Virus record (IMG/VR): IMGVR_UViG_3300045988_157337
Coordinates: 1 to 41,069 of that record
Length of the DNA: 41,069 nucleotides
Origin: a virus
Reading direction: 5' to 3' (one strand)
Below are positions 18,948 through 27,221 of the stretch, piece after piece. Positions within the stretch are counted from its first letter, which is position 1. Each line of letters starts with the position of its first letter. Position numbers and translations under genes: made by a program. Below the pieces are notes generated by a model, which was not told where the DNA came from, searched no databases, and saw only the letters and a list, made by a program, of their open reading frames with translations.

Positions 18948-19029
18948 TGTCGCCTCCGTTCCTCCGCCAGGCGTCGCGCCGCGGCGGAATGTGGTCGGAG
19001 GCGTCGCACCTCCGTTTCTGGTGGCCTTG

Positions 19030-19138
19030 GGATTTTTTGAACCCTCCGCACTTTTTTCGCCCCTCACCGGCGGTCTCCCCAGGGGGCCCCTGGGGGCACC
19101 CCCCTGGGACCTTGGTCACATTTTAAGCGTGCGGCGAG
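19030..19138. other. Candidate cos/packaging recognition region
   Basis: This is the HNH-TerS intergenic region. It has two T6/A6 tracts (19033..19038, 19052..19057) and a G/C palindromic cluster, ccccagggggcccctggggg, at 19077..19096. Confidence 0.3.
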
Positions 19139-19465
19139 TCACTTCCGGTGGGCCGCTTTTCCGCCTGCGCGGCGATTACAACTTCGATGCTCTGGTCCGC
19201 GAATGATCGACCGATCATCGTCATCGTGACCTAAGTCGAACGGCTCGTCTGGACTGATCGGTTGTCCGCACCGCCAACACACGGCGTCACCCCGCGCGAC
19301 CTGGGCGGCGGCCCGGCGCCGGGCCCGGCGGTAGGCGGCGTCGTATCCTCGCGCTGCTGCTGATCCGCGAGCGCGCTCGCGGGCTCGTTGGTGGGTGGGG
19401 CAGTAGCGGGTGCCGGCCGGGATGAGGCGGGGGCATGATGGTCCTGCGCATCTGCGCTTGCTCAT
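19139..19465 (-). CDS. HNH endonuclease (terminase-associated)
   Basis: 108 aa. Cys pairs (CAGPSC...YCPTH, CWRCG) and a DLGHDDD...H..CN HNH signature. Lies upstream of the terminase genes, as in HK97-like cos phages. Confidence 0.8.
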   Translation of the reverse strand: MSKRRCAGPSCPRLIPAGTRYCPTHQRARERARGSAAARGYDAAYRRARRRAAAQVARGDAVCWRCGQPISPDEPFDLGHDDDDRSIIRGPEHRSCNRRAGGKAAHRK

Positions 19466-19643
19466 GGTGGATGCGTTCGTAGGGCGTCGGTGGTGCGGCG
19501 CGGGTGGTGGCGTCGGTGCGGTTGGTGCGGGCTGTGCAGCATGTGGGATGCGAAGGGTGGATCGGCGATCACCCGGCTGGTCGTACCTGGCACCCCGGCA
19601 CCCCCTGATGGATGTGGTGGGGTAGGGGGATGCTGGTGTGGCT

Positions 19644-19678
19644 GGGGGTTGGGAGGTGTGGGAAAGGTGGGCTGGGGG
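19644..19678 (+). other. Canonical G-quadruplex motif within a G/T-skewed 230-bp intergenic region
   Basis: GGGGG tt GGG aggtgt GGG aaaggt GGG ct GGGGG, with loops of 2, 6, 6 and 2 nt. Confidence 0.5.
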
Positions 19679-19697
19679 AGGCGTCCTTGTGTGGGCG

Positions 19698-20057
19698 TTA
19701 GCCGCCTGCGTCCTGTTGGAGTTGTACGATCGCCTGGTGCGCCCGGTGGTAGTCGTCGTCGTATCCGGGCTGTGGGGTGATCGCGTCTCGGCGTTCCATG
19801 ATGCGGAGGACTGTCTCCGCTGCCTTCTGGTCGCCCTGTAGGACCTGCGGCCATAGCTGCCGCTGCATGGTGTTGAGGCGTTGTGCTTCTAGGGCTGGGT
19901 CTGTGGTGGTGTCCGCGTTGCGGAGGGCGGCGGCGATGTCGCGGCGGGTTTGTGTGGGGGTGGTGCCGAGTTTGTCTGCGATTTGTGTGGCGGTGAGGCC
20001 GGCGGCGCGGAGGTCGAGGGCGCGGCGTCGGCGGTCTTCCACGTCTTTGTTCGCCAT
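19698..20057 (-). CDS. HTH DNA-binding protein (sigma-70 region 4 / LuxR-like helix-turn-helix) at the head of the late genes
   Basis: 119 aa with motif ALDLRAAGLTATQIADKLGTT. Confidence 0.6.
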   Translation of the reverse strand: MANKDVEDRRRRALDLRAAGLTATQIADKLGTTPTQTRRDIAAALRNADTTTDPALEAQRLNTMQRQLWPQVLQGDQKAAETVLRIMERRDAITPQPGYDDDYHRAHQAIVQLQQDAGG

Positions 20058-20083
20058 GCGCGCTCCTGGTGCTGTGGGTGCAC

Positions 20084-20121
20084 GCCGCCCCCGGGTGCTT
20101 GGTGGGCGGCCCGGGGGCGGC
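20084..20121 (-). terminator. Strong stem-loop (12-bp perfect stem) at the early/late operon boundary
   Basis: gccgcccccggg (20084..20095) pairs with cccgggggcggc (20110..20121). A second hairpin, ggggac-agtgc-gtcccc, lies at 20124..20140. No U-tract. Confidence 0.5.
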
Positions 20122-20197
20122 GTGGGGACAGTGCGTCCCCTTATGGGTGGGACAGTAGCACAGTTGGCGTATGCGCGCCTGCTGTACGTGAGGCGTG

Positions 20198-20410
20198 TCA
20201 GGCGCCGCGGGTGATCGCTAGGATCGGGAGCCAGCCGAGGCCGGCCCAGACAAGGCCAAGGGCGAATATGACTACGGTGATCATCAGTTCCGTTTCCGCT
20301 TGGTCCACGTGGCCGTGGATGTGGTCGTGTCGGGCGAGGAGGAGCATTGCGGCGGCGGATGCGAACGCGACCAGGATGCCGCCGACCCAGATGATGAGTG
20401 GTGCGGTCAC
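20198..20410 (-). CDS. Small membrane protein (2 TM)
   Basis: About 70 aa from the GTG at 20410 (GTGA overlap). Two hydrophobic helices flank a His-rich loop. Confidence 0.55.
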   Translation of the reverse strand: MTAPLIIWVGGILVAFASAAAMLLLARHDHIHGHVDQAETELMITVVIFALGLVWAGLGWLPILAITRGA

Positions 20411-20649
20411 GGGAGCGGCACCAGTCCTACCCACATGCCGATGATGGAGGTGATTGCGGCGAGTAACGCGGCTGCAGCGGATGCGACGATCCAGGCTATC
20501 GTCGCCTTGAAGAAGGTGCGGCCGATCGCGTCGATCTTCTTCTCCTGCTTCTCCGTGTGGGCGTAGTCGATGGCGATGTCGGCGATGATGTACGGGAGCA
20601 TCGTCAGGAATCCGAGTAGGACCCAGGTGAGAAGCGCTAGTTTCAGCAT
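20407..20649 (-). CDS. Small membrane protein (2 TM)
   Basis: 80 aa from the ATG at 20649. Hydrophobic N- and C-terminal helices. Lower GC than the neighbouring genes. Confidence 0.55.
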   Translation of the reverse strand: MLKLALLTWVLLGFLTMLPYIIADIAIDYAHTEKQEKKIDAIGRTFFKATIAWIVASAAAALLAAITSIIGMWVGLVPLP

Positions 20650-21413
20650 TGTGTGCCTTCCATTCGTGTGTTGATGGCGGCGATCTGGTAGTGGCCGCCG
20701 GGGAGGGTGGGGATGTGGCCTCGGGTGACCCATTTGCGAAGGGTGTCGTGGGCGAGTGTGGGGTATGCGAGGCTGAGGGCGTCCCAGTCGACGTAGATTC
20801 CTGGGTCCTTGGTGTTGCGGAGGGTGGTGGCGAGGCGGGTCCGCTGGGCGTGGCGGACTGCGGCGCGGTTGGGGTACCAGGTGTCGCAGGTTTCGCAGGC
20901 GCCGTAGTCTGGGATGCCGTGCCGGGTGGGGGTGGTGGTGATGTGGCCGCCGCATTTGGGGCAGCGGCCGATTGTGGTGGTGGCGTAGCCGGTGCGGTTG
21001 GCGAGGTGGGTGTGGGTTTCGTGGATGACGCTGGTGAGGGCGTCCCAGTCGTCGAGGTGGGCGTGGGCCCACTCGAGGTGCTGGTCGATGTACGCGGCGG
21101 ATGCTGCGGCGTGGGGTGGGGGCGTGGGGTGGCCGGTGTCGTCTGCGATCTGCCTGGCCCATGGGCCGAGGATCTCTTGGACGCCGCCGCTGGTGCGGAT
21201 CCCGGTGGGGCCCTGGTCGGTGTCGTCGAGGATGCGGTCGAGGCCGTGTGGGAGGCGCCCAGGGGCGGGGTGGGCGCTCGCCCTGGCGGGGCCGGTGCTG
21301 GTGGGGGTGGCTGCGGCGGCCGCTGCTGCCCGCTCGTCGAGGAGGGCGGCGTAGCGGACGATGTCGTGGAGCATGCGGCGCGCAGTGCGGACGCTGGGGT
21401 CAGTCGTCGTCAT
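20643..21413 (-). CDS. Hypothetical protein with a zinc-ribbon motif (CPKCGG...CETCD)
   Basis: 256 aa with the ATG at 21413 verified. Confidence 0.6.
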   Translation of the reverse strand: MTTTDPSVRTARRMLHDIVRYAALLDERAAAAAAATPTSTGPARASAHPAPGRLPHGLDRILDDTDQGPTGIRTSGGVQEILGPWARQIADDTGHPTPPPHAAASAAYIDQHLEWAHAHLDDWDALTSVIHETHTHLANRTGYATTTIGRCPKCGGHITTTPTRHGIPDYGACETCDTWYPNRAAVRHAQRTRLATTLRNTKDPGIYVDWDALSLAYPTLAHDTLRKWVTRGHIPTLPGGHYQIAAINTRMEGTQC

Positions 21414-21633
21414 TGGTGGCCTCCCTGTCGAGGTTGTGGAGGTAGGCGTGGGCGAGGCCCATGGTGGTGTAGATGTTGCCGTCGGTGTCGAACCGGTAGC
21501 CGTCTGCGTCTCCGGTGCTCACGTCGAGGGTGTTGGTGGCGAGGAGCCAGGCGAGGGGGTGGTGGCCTGGTTGCTCGTCGTGGATGTGGGCTTCGATGGC
21601 GGCGCGGAGGCGTTCGAGGGTTTCTGCGCTCAT
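21400..21633 (-). CDS. Hypothetical protein
   Basis: 77 aa from the ATG at 21633 (ATGA overlap). Acidic. Confidence 0.5.
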   Translation of the reverse strand: MSAETLERLRAAIEAHIHDEQPGHHPLAWLLATNTLDVSTGDADGYRFDTDGNIYTTMGLAHAYLHNLDREATNDDD

Positions 21634-22103
21634 GCTGCACCCCCGAGAGCGAGGGTGTTGACAGCCGCACTGTGCGCGGCCCTGTAGGCGAGGGTCTGGA
21701 CGACTCGTTGCGGGAGCGGTTCGGGCGTGCGTCCGACCTTGCATCTCACCTTCCATTCGACGTGCCCGTCGTCGTGGACCCAAACGAGGCCGGCTCCTAT
21801 TCCCGGGATCGGTGGGCAGTCGATGAGGCCAGCTGGGGTGGCGTACAAGAACCTATGGGAGACGAGACGCCAGGGTCGGACCTTCGCCCATGTCTCCCTG
21901 GCTGCATCCGCCCGGGAAACCTTGATCTCAATCGCAGTGCGCACGAGGTCGTCAATCATGAGGGCGTCGATACGTCTCATGATCGACTCGTGGTCGGCAT
22001 CGCTTTTCGTCCACTCGATCTCATCGTAGATGGTGAGCTCCGGAACGATCGCAGCGCCGGGCCATGTTGTGCGCAGGACTTCTAGGACTTCTACCGCTTT
22101 CAT
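21630..22103 (-). CDS. PD-(D/E)XK-type nuclease-like protein (MmcB-like)
   Basis: 157 aa from the ATG at 22103 (ATGA overlap). Contains a D...E.K arrangement (IDALMIDD...AIEIKVSRAD). Confidence 0.5.
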   Translation of the reverse strand: MKAVEVLEVLRTTWPGAAIVPELTIYDEIEWTKSDADHESIMRRIDALMIDDLVRTAIEIKVSRADAARETWAKVRPWRLVSHRFLYATPAGLIDCPPIPGIGAGLVWVHDDGHVEWKVRCKVGRTPEPLPQRVVQTLAYRAAHSAAVNTLALGGAA

Positions 22104-22366
22104 GCGTCCTCCTGCTGCTCGTACTGGTCGTGGTAGTCGTCGGGCGTGAGTACGTCGTACTCGCCGTGGGGGTCCTCGAGGAGGATCATCCCGGGGCGGG
22201 CGATGGTGAGGCCGTCGCGGGTGTGCACGTGGAGTGCGTCGCGGTTCATGGTGAGGTGGACGACGAGGTACTGGCGCGCGACCTCGGTGAGGTTGTCGTC
22301 GGTGAGGGGGATGGCCGTGTACTCGCTGGCGCGGGGACGGCACGGGATCGTGCGGAGGCCGCTCAT
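22100..22366 (-). CDS. Hypothetical protein
   Basis: 88 aa from the ATG at 22366 (ATGA overlap). Confidence 0.5.
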   Translation of the reverse strand: MSGLRTIPCRPRASEYTAIPLTDDNLTEVARQYLVVHLTMNRDALHVHTRDGLTIARPGMILLEDPHGEYDVLTPDDYHDQYEQQEDA

Positions 22367-22755
22367 TCGTTGTCCTCCTTGTCCCACATGCGGTAGTAGG
22401 GGTTCTCGAGCTCTCCGAGGCCGCGGGGGTTGGCGAGTTCGAGGAGCGCGTCGGCGTGGCATGGCTGGCCTGGGGGGCACCAGCACGCGAGGTCGCGGCC
22501 CCACAGGTGGTTGACCAGGAGGTCGCGGACGCAGCGCCCGCGGCGCGTGTTGTCGAGCCAGGCGCAGTAGCGTGCGGCGGCCTCGGCGGGGGTGGCGACG
22601 ACCATGGGGTCCCCGGACTCGAGTTCGCGGCGTGTGCGGGCGACCCTGTAGGGGTTGCCGTAGGGGGTGCCGCGGCCGACGTAGACGGCGCCCCGTGGCA
22701 TGCGCCACCCTTTGGTGCGCTTGCGCTGGACGCGGCGTGGCATTCTCTTGCTCAT
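22363..22755 (-). CDS. DUF4326-like protein
   Basis: 130 aa from the ATG at 22755 (ATGA overlap). Carries GRGTPYGNPY and LACWCPPGQPCHAD motifs, which I recall as characteristic of DUF4326. Confidence 0.6.
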   Translation of the reverse strand: MSKRMPRRVQRKRTKGWRMPRGAVYVGRGTPYGNPYRVARTRRELESGDPMVVATPAEAAARYCAWLDNTRRGRCVRDLLVNHLWGRDLACWCPPGQPCHADALLELANPRGLGELENPYYRMWDKEDNE

Positions 22756-23018
22756 CGAGCTGCCTCCTCCCAGATGGCCTCGAACTGGCTGCGGACGCCG
22801 AGCTCGTGGTGTCCGTCGGGGTGGCGGGTGATGTAGTCGCCGATGGTGGCGATGTAGTTGGCGCCGTATTTGCCTGGAAAGGCGACGGCCATGCCTTCTG
22901 GGGTGTTGATGGTGGTGACGTATCCGCCCGCCCACCTGGCGGCCTCTGCCGCGTTCTCCTGGGTGACTTGCACGGCCTCGCACTTGCGGGGCTTGATGTG
23001 GTATTCCTTGACGTTCAT
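22752..23018 (-). CDS. Hypothetical protein
   Basis: 88 aa with the ATG verified and sensible composition. Confidence 0.55.
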   Translation of the reverse strand: MNVKEYHIKPRKCEAVQVTQENAAEAARWAGGYVTTINTPEGMAVAFPGKYGANYIATIGDYITRHPDGHHELGVRSQFEAIWEEAAR

Positions 23019-23063
23019 TTCTGGTGTTCCTTCCGCTTGTTGTCGTGGTTGTTCCCGGCGTTG

Positions 23064-23540
23064 TCAGAACGGGGGTTCTTCCTGGTATTCGCTGTGGCGG
23101 TTGGGCTGGGGCGTGTCGGGCCAGGCCCCGGTCCCGGTGTGGCGGCCGGTGGCTTGGCCGTTTTGGGCGGCCGGGGCCTGGACGCGGTTGACTTGTGCGC
23201 GGGCGTTGCGGAGGGAGGGGCCGATCTCGTCGATCTGCATCTCCACGACGGTGCGGCGCTCGCCCTGGCGTGTCTCGTACTGGCGCTGGCCGAGGCGGCC
23301 GGTGGCGATGACGCGCATGCCCTTGCGCAGCGTCTCGGCGATGTTCTCGGCCTGGTCGCGCCATGCGCTGCAGCGCATGAACAGGGTTTCGCCGTCGCGC
23401 CACTGGCCGGCCTGGCGGTCGTAGGCGCGGGGGGTGCTGGCGATGGTGAGGTCGGCGACGGGGGTGCCGGACTGCGTCCAGCGCAGTTCGGGGTCGGCGG
23501 TGAGGTTGCCGATGATGGTGATGGTGGTTTCTCCGGCCAT
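23064..23540 (-). CDS. ssb: Single-stranded DNA-binding protein
   Basis: 158 aa. OB-fold N-terminus (TIIGNLTADPELR), Gly/Gln/Pro-rich linker and an acidic EEPPF tail. Confidence 0.9.
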   Translation of the reverse strand: MAGETTITIIGNLTADPELRWTQSGTPVADLTIASTPRAYDRQAGQWRDGETLFMRCSAWRDQAENIAETLRKGMRVIATGRLGQRQYETRQGERRTVVEMQIDEIGPSLRNARAQVNRVQAPAAQNGQATGRHTGTGAWPDTPQPNRHSEYQEEPPF

Positions 23541-23645
23541 TTCGTGTTCTCCTTCGTCTGGGCGCCGTGTGGCGCCTCTGGTCCTGGTCCTTCCTCCCGT
23601 ATGGGGTTGTGGGTGTTCGGCGCCCTGAGCGCCGACTAACCCGGG

Positions 23646-24083
23646 TTAGTCGCTGTGTTTCGTCTCGGGGGTGAGGCGCCTCCTCCGTGTCTCGGGGAGC
23701 GCGGGCGGTGGCGTGCGCCCGATGGAGCGCCACGCGGCGGCGGACGCCTGCTCCCGGGTGGCGCCGTCGCCGATGGCGCGGGTGGCGGCCAGGCGCCACG
23801 CCTGCCAGGCGGCGGGGTCGTCGACGAGGTCCTGCGGTCCGGGCAGGTGGCCGGCGGCGCGGATCCGCTCAGCGCGCAGGGCCCGGCACCGGCGGTTGAC
23901 GTCGGCGGGCATGACCCAGTCCCGGGAGTCCCGGTAGTGTGCGACGACGGCGGCCTGGGCGTCGTCGACGGTGGTCTCGGGGTCGAGGGCCTGCGCCCAT
24001 GCGAGGGCGGCGGCCTGGCCGGCCTGGCGGTTGTCGTAGGCGGCCGCGAGCGCGAGGACGCGTCCGGCCTCGGCGGGGGTCAT
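23646..24083 (-). CDS. Hypothetical protein
   Basis: 145 aa from the ATG at 24083 (ATGA overlap with the replication gene stop). Confidence 0.5.
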   Translation of the reverse strand: MTPAEAGRVLALAAAYDNRQAGQAAALAWAQALDPETTVDDAQAAVVAHYRDSRDWVMPADVNRRCRALRAERIRAAGHLPGPQDLVDDPAAWQAWRLAATRAIGDGATREQASAAAWRSIGRTPPPALPETRRRRLTPETKHSD

Positions 24084-25045
24084 GCTGCGCCTCCCTCGAT
24101 GGCGAGCAGCGTCGCCGCCTGCGGGGCCCCGGCGCTCGCGGGCCCGGGAAGGGTGTCCGCCAGGGCGATCCAGGCGGCGACGCGGTCGTCGGTGGTGCTC
24201 CCGCCCCGCGCCCCGGGTGCGGGCGCCCTGCGCTGGCGGGCGTCGTGGTCTTCCTGGGCCCGGCGCGCCCAGTTGCGCCACGTGGCCGCCCAGTCGGTCT
24301 TCCGGCCCCGGGCGCCGGGGATGGCGCGCCAGTAGTCCGCGAATCGCGCTACCTCGGCGTTGGTGGCCGCAGCGGGGGCGTGCTCCCGGGTCCAGGCCAC
24401 GAGGGCCGGGCTGGGCTGCCAGTCCTCGGGGATCCGCGTCCCACGGGTCTTCCCGGAGGTCTTCGACGCGGGTGTCGTCGTCTTGGCGGGCGGCGCGGGC
24501 GCGTCAGCGGCCTGCGACGCAGAAGAAGAAACTTTAGTTTCTTCTATATCTTCCTTTCTCCTTTCTCCTTTCTCCTTGTCCTCGATGTCCCGGGGGGACG
24601 CATCCGGGACATCTCGGGGACACGTCCGGTTGTCCCCCGGGTTGTCCCCCGGGGACACGTCCGGTTGTCCCCCCTCGGACTTTTCGGCGCGTTGGCGCCG
24701 TTTCTTCGTGGTCGCTTTCTTCCGTGCGCTCTTGATGTTCGCGTATTTCTCGTTCCATTTGAGCCATGAGACGACGCGAACCTGGCTGTCGGCGACGGTG
24801 ACCAGACCGGCGGCCGCGAGCGCGTTTAGGCGTGCGTTTGCGGACGTGTCCCCGGGGACACCGGTGGGGAATCCGAGGCGTGTGAGGACCACGGTCTCGG
24901 GGACTCGGCCGTCGGTCTCGGGGTGGCCGGCGCACCAGGCGAGGAGGCGCGTGTACATGACCTCGGCGGCCTCGCCTGCCTCGATGATGGCCATGTCGTC
25001 GTAGTAGGAGGCGGCGAGGGCCGCGTATCGTCCGGGGCGTTTCAT
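24080..25045 (-). CDS. Putative replication initiator / replisome organiser
   Basis: 321 aa from the ATG at 25045. N-terminal winged-helix-like domain, a low-complexity charged linker, and a C-terminal Trp-rich motif (IPEDWQPS...FADYWRAIPGARGRKTDWAATWRNWARRA). An iteron cluster lies inside the linker-coding DNA. Confidence 0.6.
   Translation of the reverse strand: MKRPGRYAALAASYYDDMAIIEAGEAAEVMYTRLLAWCAGHPETDGRVPETVVLTRLGFPTGVPGDTSANARLNALAAAGLVTVADSQVRVVSWLKWNEKYANIKSARKKATTKKRRQRAEKSEGGQPDVSPGDNPGDNRTCPRDVPDASPRDIEDKEKGERRKEDIEETKVSSSASQAADAPAPPAKTTTPASKTSGKTRGTRIPEDWQPSPALVAWTREHAPAAATNAEVARFADYWRAIPGARGRKTDWAATWRNWARRAQEDHDARQRRAPAPGARGGSTTDDRVAAWIALADTLPGPASAGAPQAATLLAIEGGAA
24525..24674. 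promoter_or_regulatory. Putative origin of replication: AT-rich tract plus GGGGACA/TGTCCCC iteron cluster
   Basis: The AT-rich tract is 24525..24580. A 23-bp perfect direct repeat, ggggacacgtccggttgtccccc, occurs at 24616..24638 and 24651..24673. At least seven GGGGAC(A)/(T)GTCCCC copies in both orientations lie within about 90 bp. Confidence 0.6.
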
Positions 25046-25371
25046 CAGTCGCTCCCGCAGCAGGGGCAGCGGATGCCCTGGGTCTTCTCGTCGTCGAGGG
25101 GCCGTCGCAGGGACTCCACCCACGCCCTCTGGATGTCCTCGAAGGTGAGGACGTCGATGGAGGGGTAGTGGGGGAGGAAGTCGGTGACGACCAGGGGGAT
25201 ACGGTTGTCGTGGTCGTCGACTACTGCGTGGCTGATTCTGACGGGCGCGCAGGCGGGGAGCCGTGAGAGCCTTTGTATCAGCTCACCCGCCGTTGTTTCC
25301 CCGGGTATTGCGGCGATGATCCACATGCCGGGGTCGGACTGTTGTCCGATCATGTTTTCCGCGTTTTCCAC
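25045..25371 (-). CDS. Hypothetical protein with C-terminal CPCCG motif
   Basis: 108 aa from the GTG at 25371, 7 nt after GAGGAGG. Atypical codons (ATA, CAA, AGG). Confidence 0.5.
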   Translation of the reverse strand: MENAENMIGQQSDPGMWIIAAIPGETTAGELIQRLSRLPACAPVRISHAVVDDHDNRIPLVVTDFLPHYPSIDVLTFEDIQRAWVESLRRPLDDEKTQGIRCPCCGSD

Positions 25372-25373
25372 GG

Positions 25374-25745
25374 CTATTCCTCCTCTATTCGGATGGTGAT
25401 TGTGTGCGTTCCCCTCGGGGCTTTCCCGGGGGCCCGCGTGTAGTCTGTGTGGGTGCGCCACCTGCTGTTGTCGTCGGGCCATACGCCGGCGTCGACGAGG
25501 CCGTCGATGATGGCCTTCACCGTGGGCGCGGCGTTGTCGGGGTCGGCGCGCGCGGCGGTGGGGTAGGCGACGGCGACGGTGACCCTGGACGGGCCCATTG
25601 GGCGCATTCCCTGGCTGCGGGCGGTGGCGTGGGCGCGCCAGCGGAGGGCGCGTGTGGCGCGGGCCCGGTGGGCCCAGTGGTAGCGGCCGTTCGCGGTCAG
25701 CCACTCGCTTTGGGGGACGGTGAGGGTGATCTCCTGCGCGGTCAC
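25374..25745 (-). CDS. rusA: RusA-family Holliday junction resolvase
   Basis: 123 aa from the GTG at 25745 (GTGA overlap). Motifs RADPDNAAPTVKAIIDGLVDAGVWPDD. Confidence 0.8.
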   Translation of the reverse strand: MTAQEITLTVPQSEWLTANGRYHWAHRARATRALRWRAHATARSQGMRPMGPSRVTVAVAYPTAARADPDNAAPTVKAIIDGLVDAGVWPDDNSRWRTHTDYTRAPGKAPRGTHTITIRIEEE

Positions 25746-26053
25746 GGCTCCACCGCCTCGGCGCGCTGGCGGCGCTCCAGGTAGCGGGCGGCCGCATCGT
25801 GGTCGGAGTGCATCGCCCAGTCGTGGATGTCGTCGGCGCCGACGCCGTCCTCCCACGCTGCGGGGTCCGTGCCGTCCGCGCACAGGCTGGCGCACTCGGC
25901 GCAGTCGTCGCACACGCGGGTGGTGACGATGGTCCCCGCGTCGGGGACCTCGATGCGGTCGTACCTGGCGCCCCGGGGAATGCGGGCGCCGCACATGCTG
26001 CAGGCGACCTGGCCCCGGCTGCGGGGCTGCGTCCTGCGGAGGACGTCATTCAT
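25742..26053 (-). CDS. Cys-rich hypothetical protein (zinc-binding candidate)
   Basis: 103 aa with CSMCG...CDDCAECASLC. Confidence 0.55.
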   Translation of the reverse strand: MNDVLRRTQPRSRGQVACSMCGARIPRGARYDRIEVPDAGTIVTTRVCDDCAECASLCADGTDPAAWEDGVGADDIHDWAMHSDHDAAARYLERRQRAEAVEP

Positions 26054-27221
26054 CGGCTGCCCCCTCCGTGATGAGGGTGCGGACCGCGTGGGCGGCCTGC
26101 TGGGGGACGACGCCGTTGCCGAGCAGGCTGAGCTGCTGCGCGCGCGTCAGCCCCAGGGCTGGGCTGGTGACGTGCCCGTCGGGCAGGCCCATCATGTGCT
26201 CCACGAAGCGCGTGGAGAGGCGGGGGCGCCCGGTGTTGGAGGACAGCTCGGTGGGGGCTGGCGCGGGGCGGCCGATGACGGCCTCCCACCGGCGGACTGC
26301 GGCCTCGTAGGGGCCGAACGCCTCCTCGGCGTGGAGGCTGCGGACGGCCTGCCCGAGCGTGGGCCCGTACCCCTGGGAGGAGTAGGCGACGTCCATGGTG
26401 GTCACTGCGGGCAGTGTCCGCACTGCCTGCGACAGGCTAATGCCCTTCCCCGCCTGGTGGTAGCCGGCTTTGTGGTCCGACGCTGTGGGCGTGGGGATCA
26501 GGTGAGGTGCAGGTGCTCGACCTGGTCCGCCAGGCTCACGCTGTGCCCGCCCCTGCGGCGCTTCGCCGGGGGCTGGCTCCCCCCGCACGTCGCGAGGTTC
26601 GCTGTCGGGGTCGCCAAGTAGGGGGAGGAGGCTCCCCCATGTGTCTCCGTGGGGGTGGGCGATGAGGAAGACACGCCCACGGCGGTGGGGGGCGCCGACG
26701 TCGGAGGCGCGTACAACCGCCCACCGAGCGTCGTACCCCGCGTCGGCCAGGTCTCCGAGTACACGGCCGATTGCCCGGAGAGCAGGTCGCCCTGACCCGT
26801 CTCCCACACGTCCCGGACTGGGTTCCACACGGCTATGGGCTCCACTTGACAGCGCTCCTTCCACGTTCTCCCACGCCACTAGGCGCGGCCGATGCGCGAG
26901 GACAGCCCGCGCCATCGCGTCCCACAGGCCCGACCTGGTGCCGGGCCGCATTCCGCGGCGCTCGCCCGCCAGGCTCATGTCCTGGCAGGGGCTCCCCCCG
27001 CAGATGACGTCGACGCTGGGCGTGCGCGTCCAGTCGACGCCGGTGACGTCCCCGAGGTTCGGGGCGTCCGGCCAGTGGCGGGCGAGGACCCGGCGGGGCC
27101 CGGCCTCCACGTCGGCGACCCACTGGACGTCGACGCGGGCGCCCGCGAGCGCCATTGCGACGCCCATGTCGAGGCCCCCGTACCCGGTGAAAAGGCTCCC
27201 GAGCCTGATTGTCGTGGTCAT
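26046..27221 (-). CDS. DNA (cytosine-5)-methyltransferase, orphan; central segment shows a reading-frame anomaly
   Basis: 391 aa from the ATG at 27221 (ATGA overlap). Motifs FTGYGG (I), GGSPCQ (IV), ENV (VI), APHRRGRVF (VIII), GNGVVPQQ (X). See the finding on 26498..26845. Confidence 0.8.
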   Translation of the reverse strand: MTTTIRLGSLFTGYGGLDMGVAMALAGARVDVQWVADVEAGPRRVLARHWPDAPNLGDVTGVDWTRTPSVDVICGGSPCQDMSLAGERRGMRPGTRSGLWDAMARAVLAHRPRLVAWENVEGALSSGAHSRVEPSPGRVGDGSGRPALRAIGRVLGDLADAGYDARWAVVRASDVGAPHRRGRVFLIAHPHGDTWGSLLPLLGDPDSEPRDVRGEPAPGEAPQGRAQREPGGPGRAPAPHLIPTPTASDHKAGYHQAGKGISLSQAVRTLPAVTTMDVAYSSQGYGPTLGQAVRSLHAEEAFGPYEAAVRRWEAVIGRPAPAPTELSSNTGRPRLSTRFVEHMMGLPDGHVTSPALGLTRAQQLSLLGNGVVPQQAAHAVRTLITEGAADE

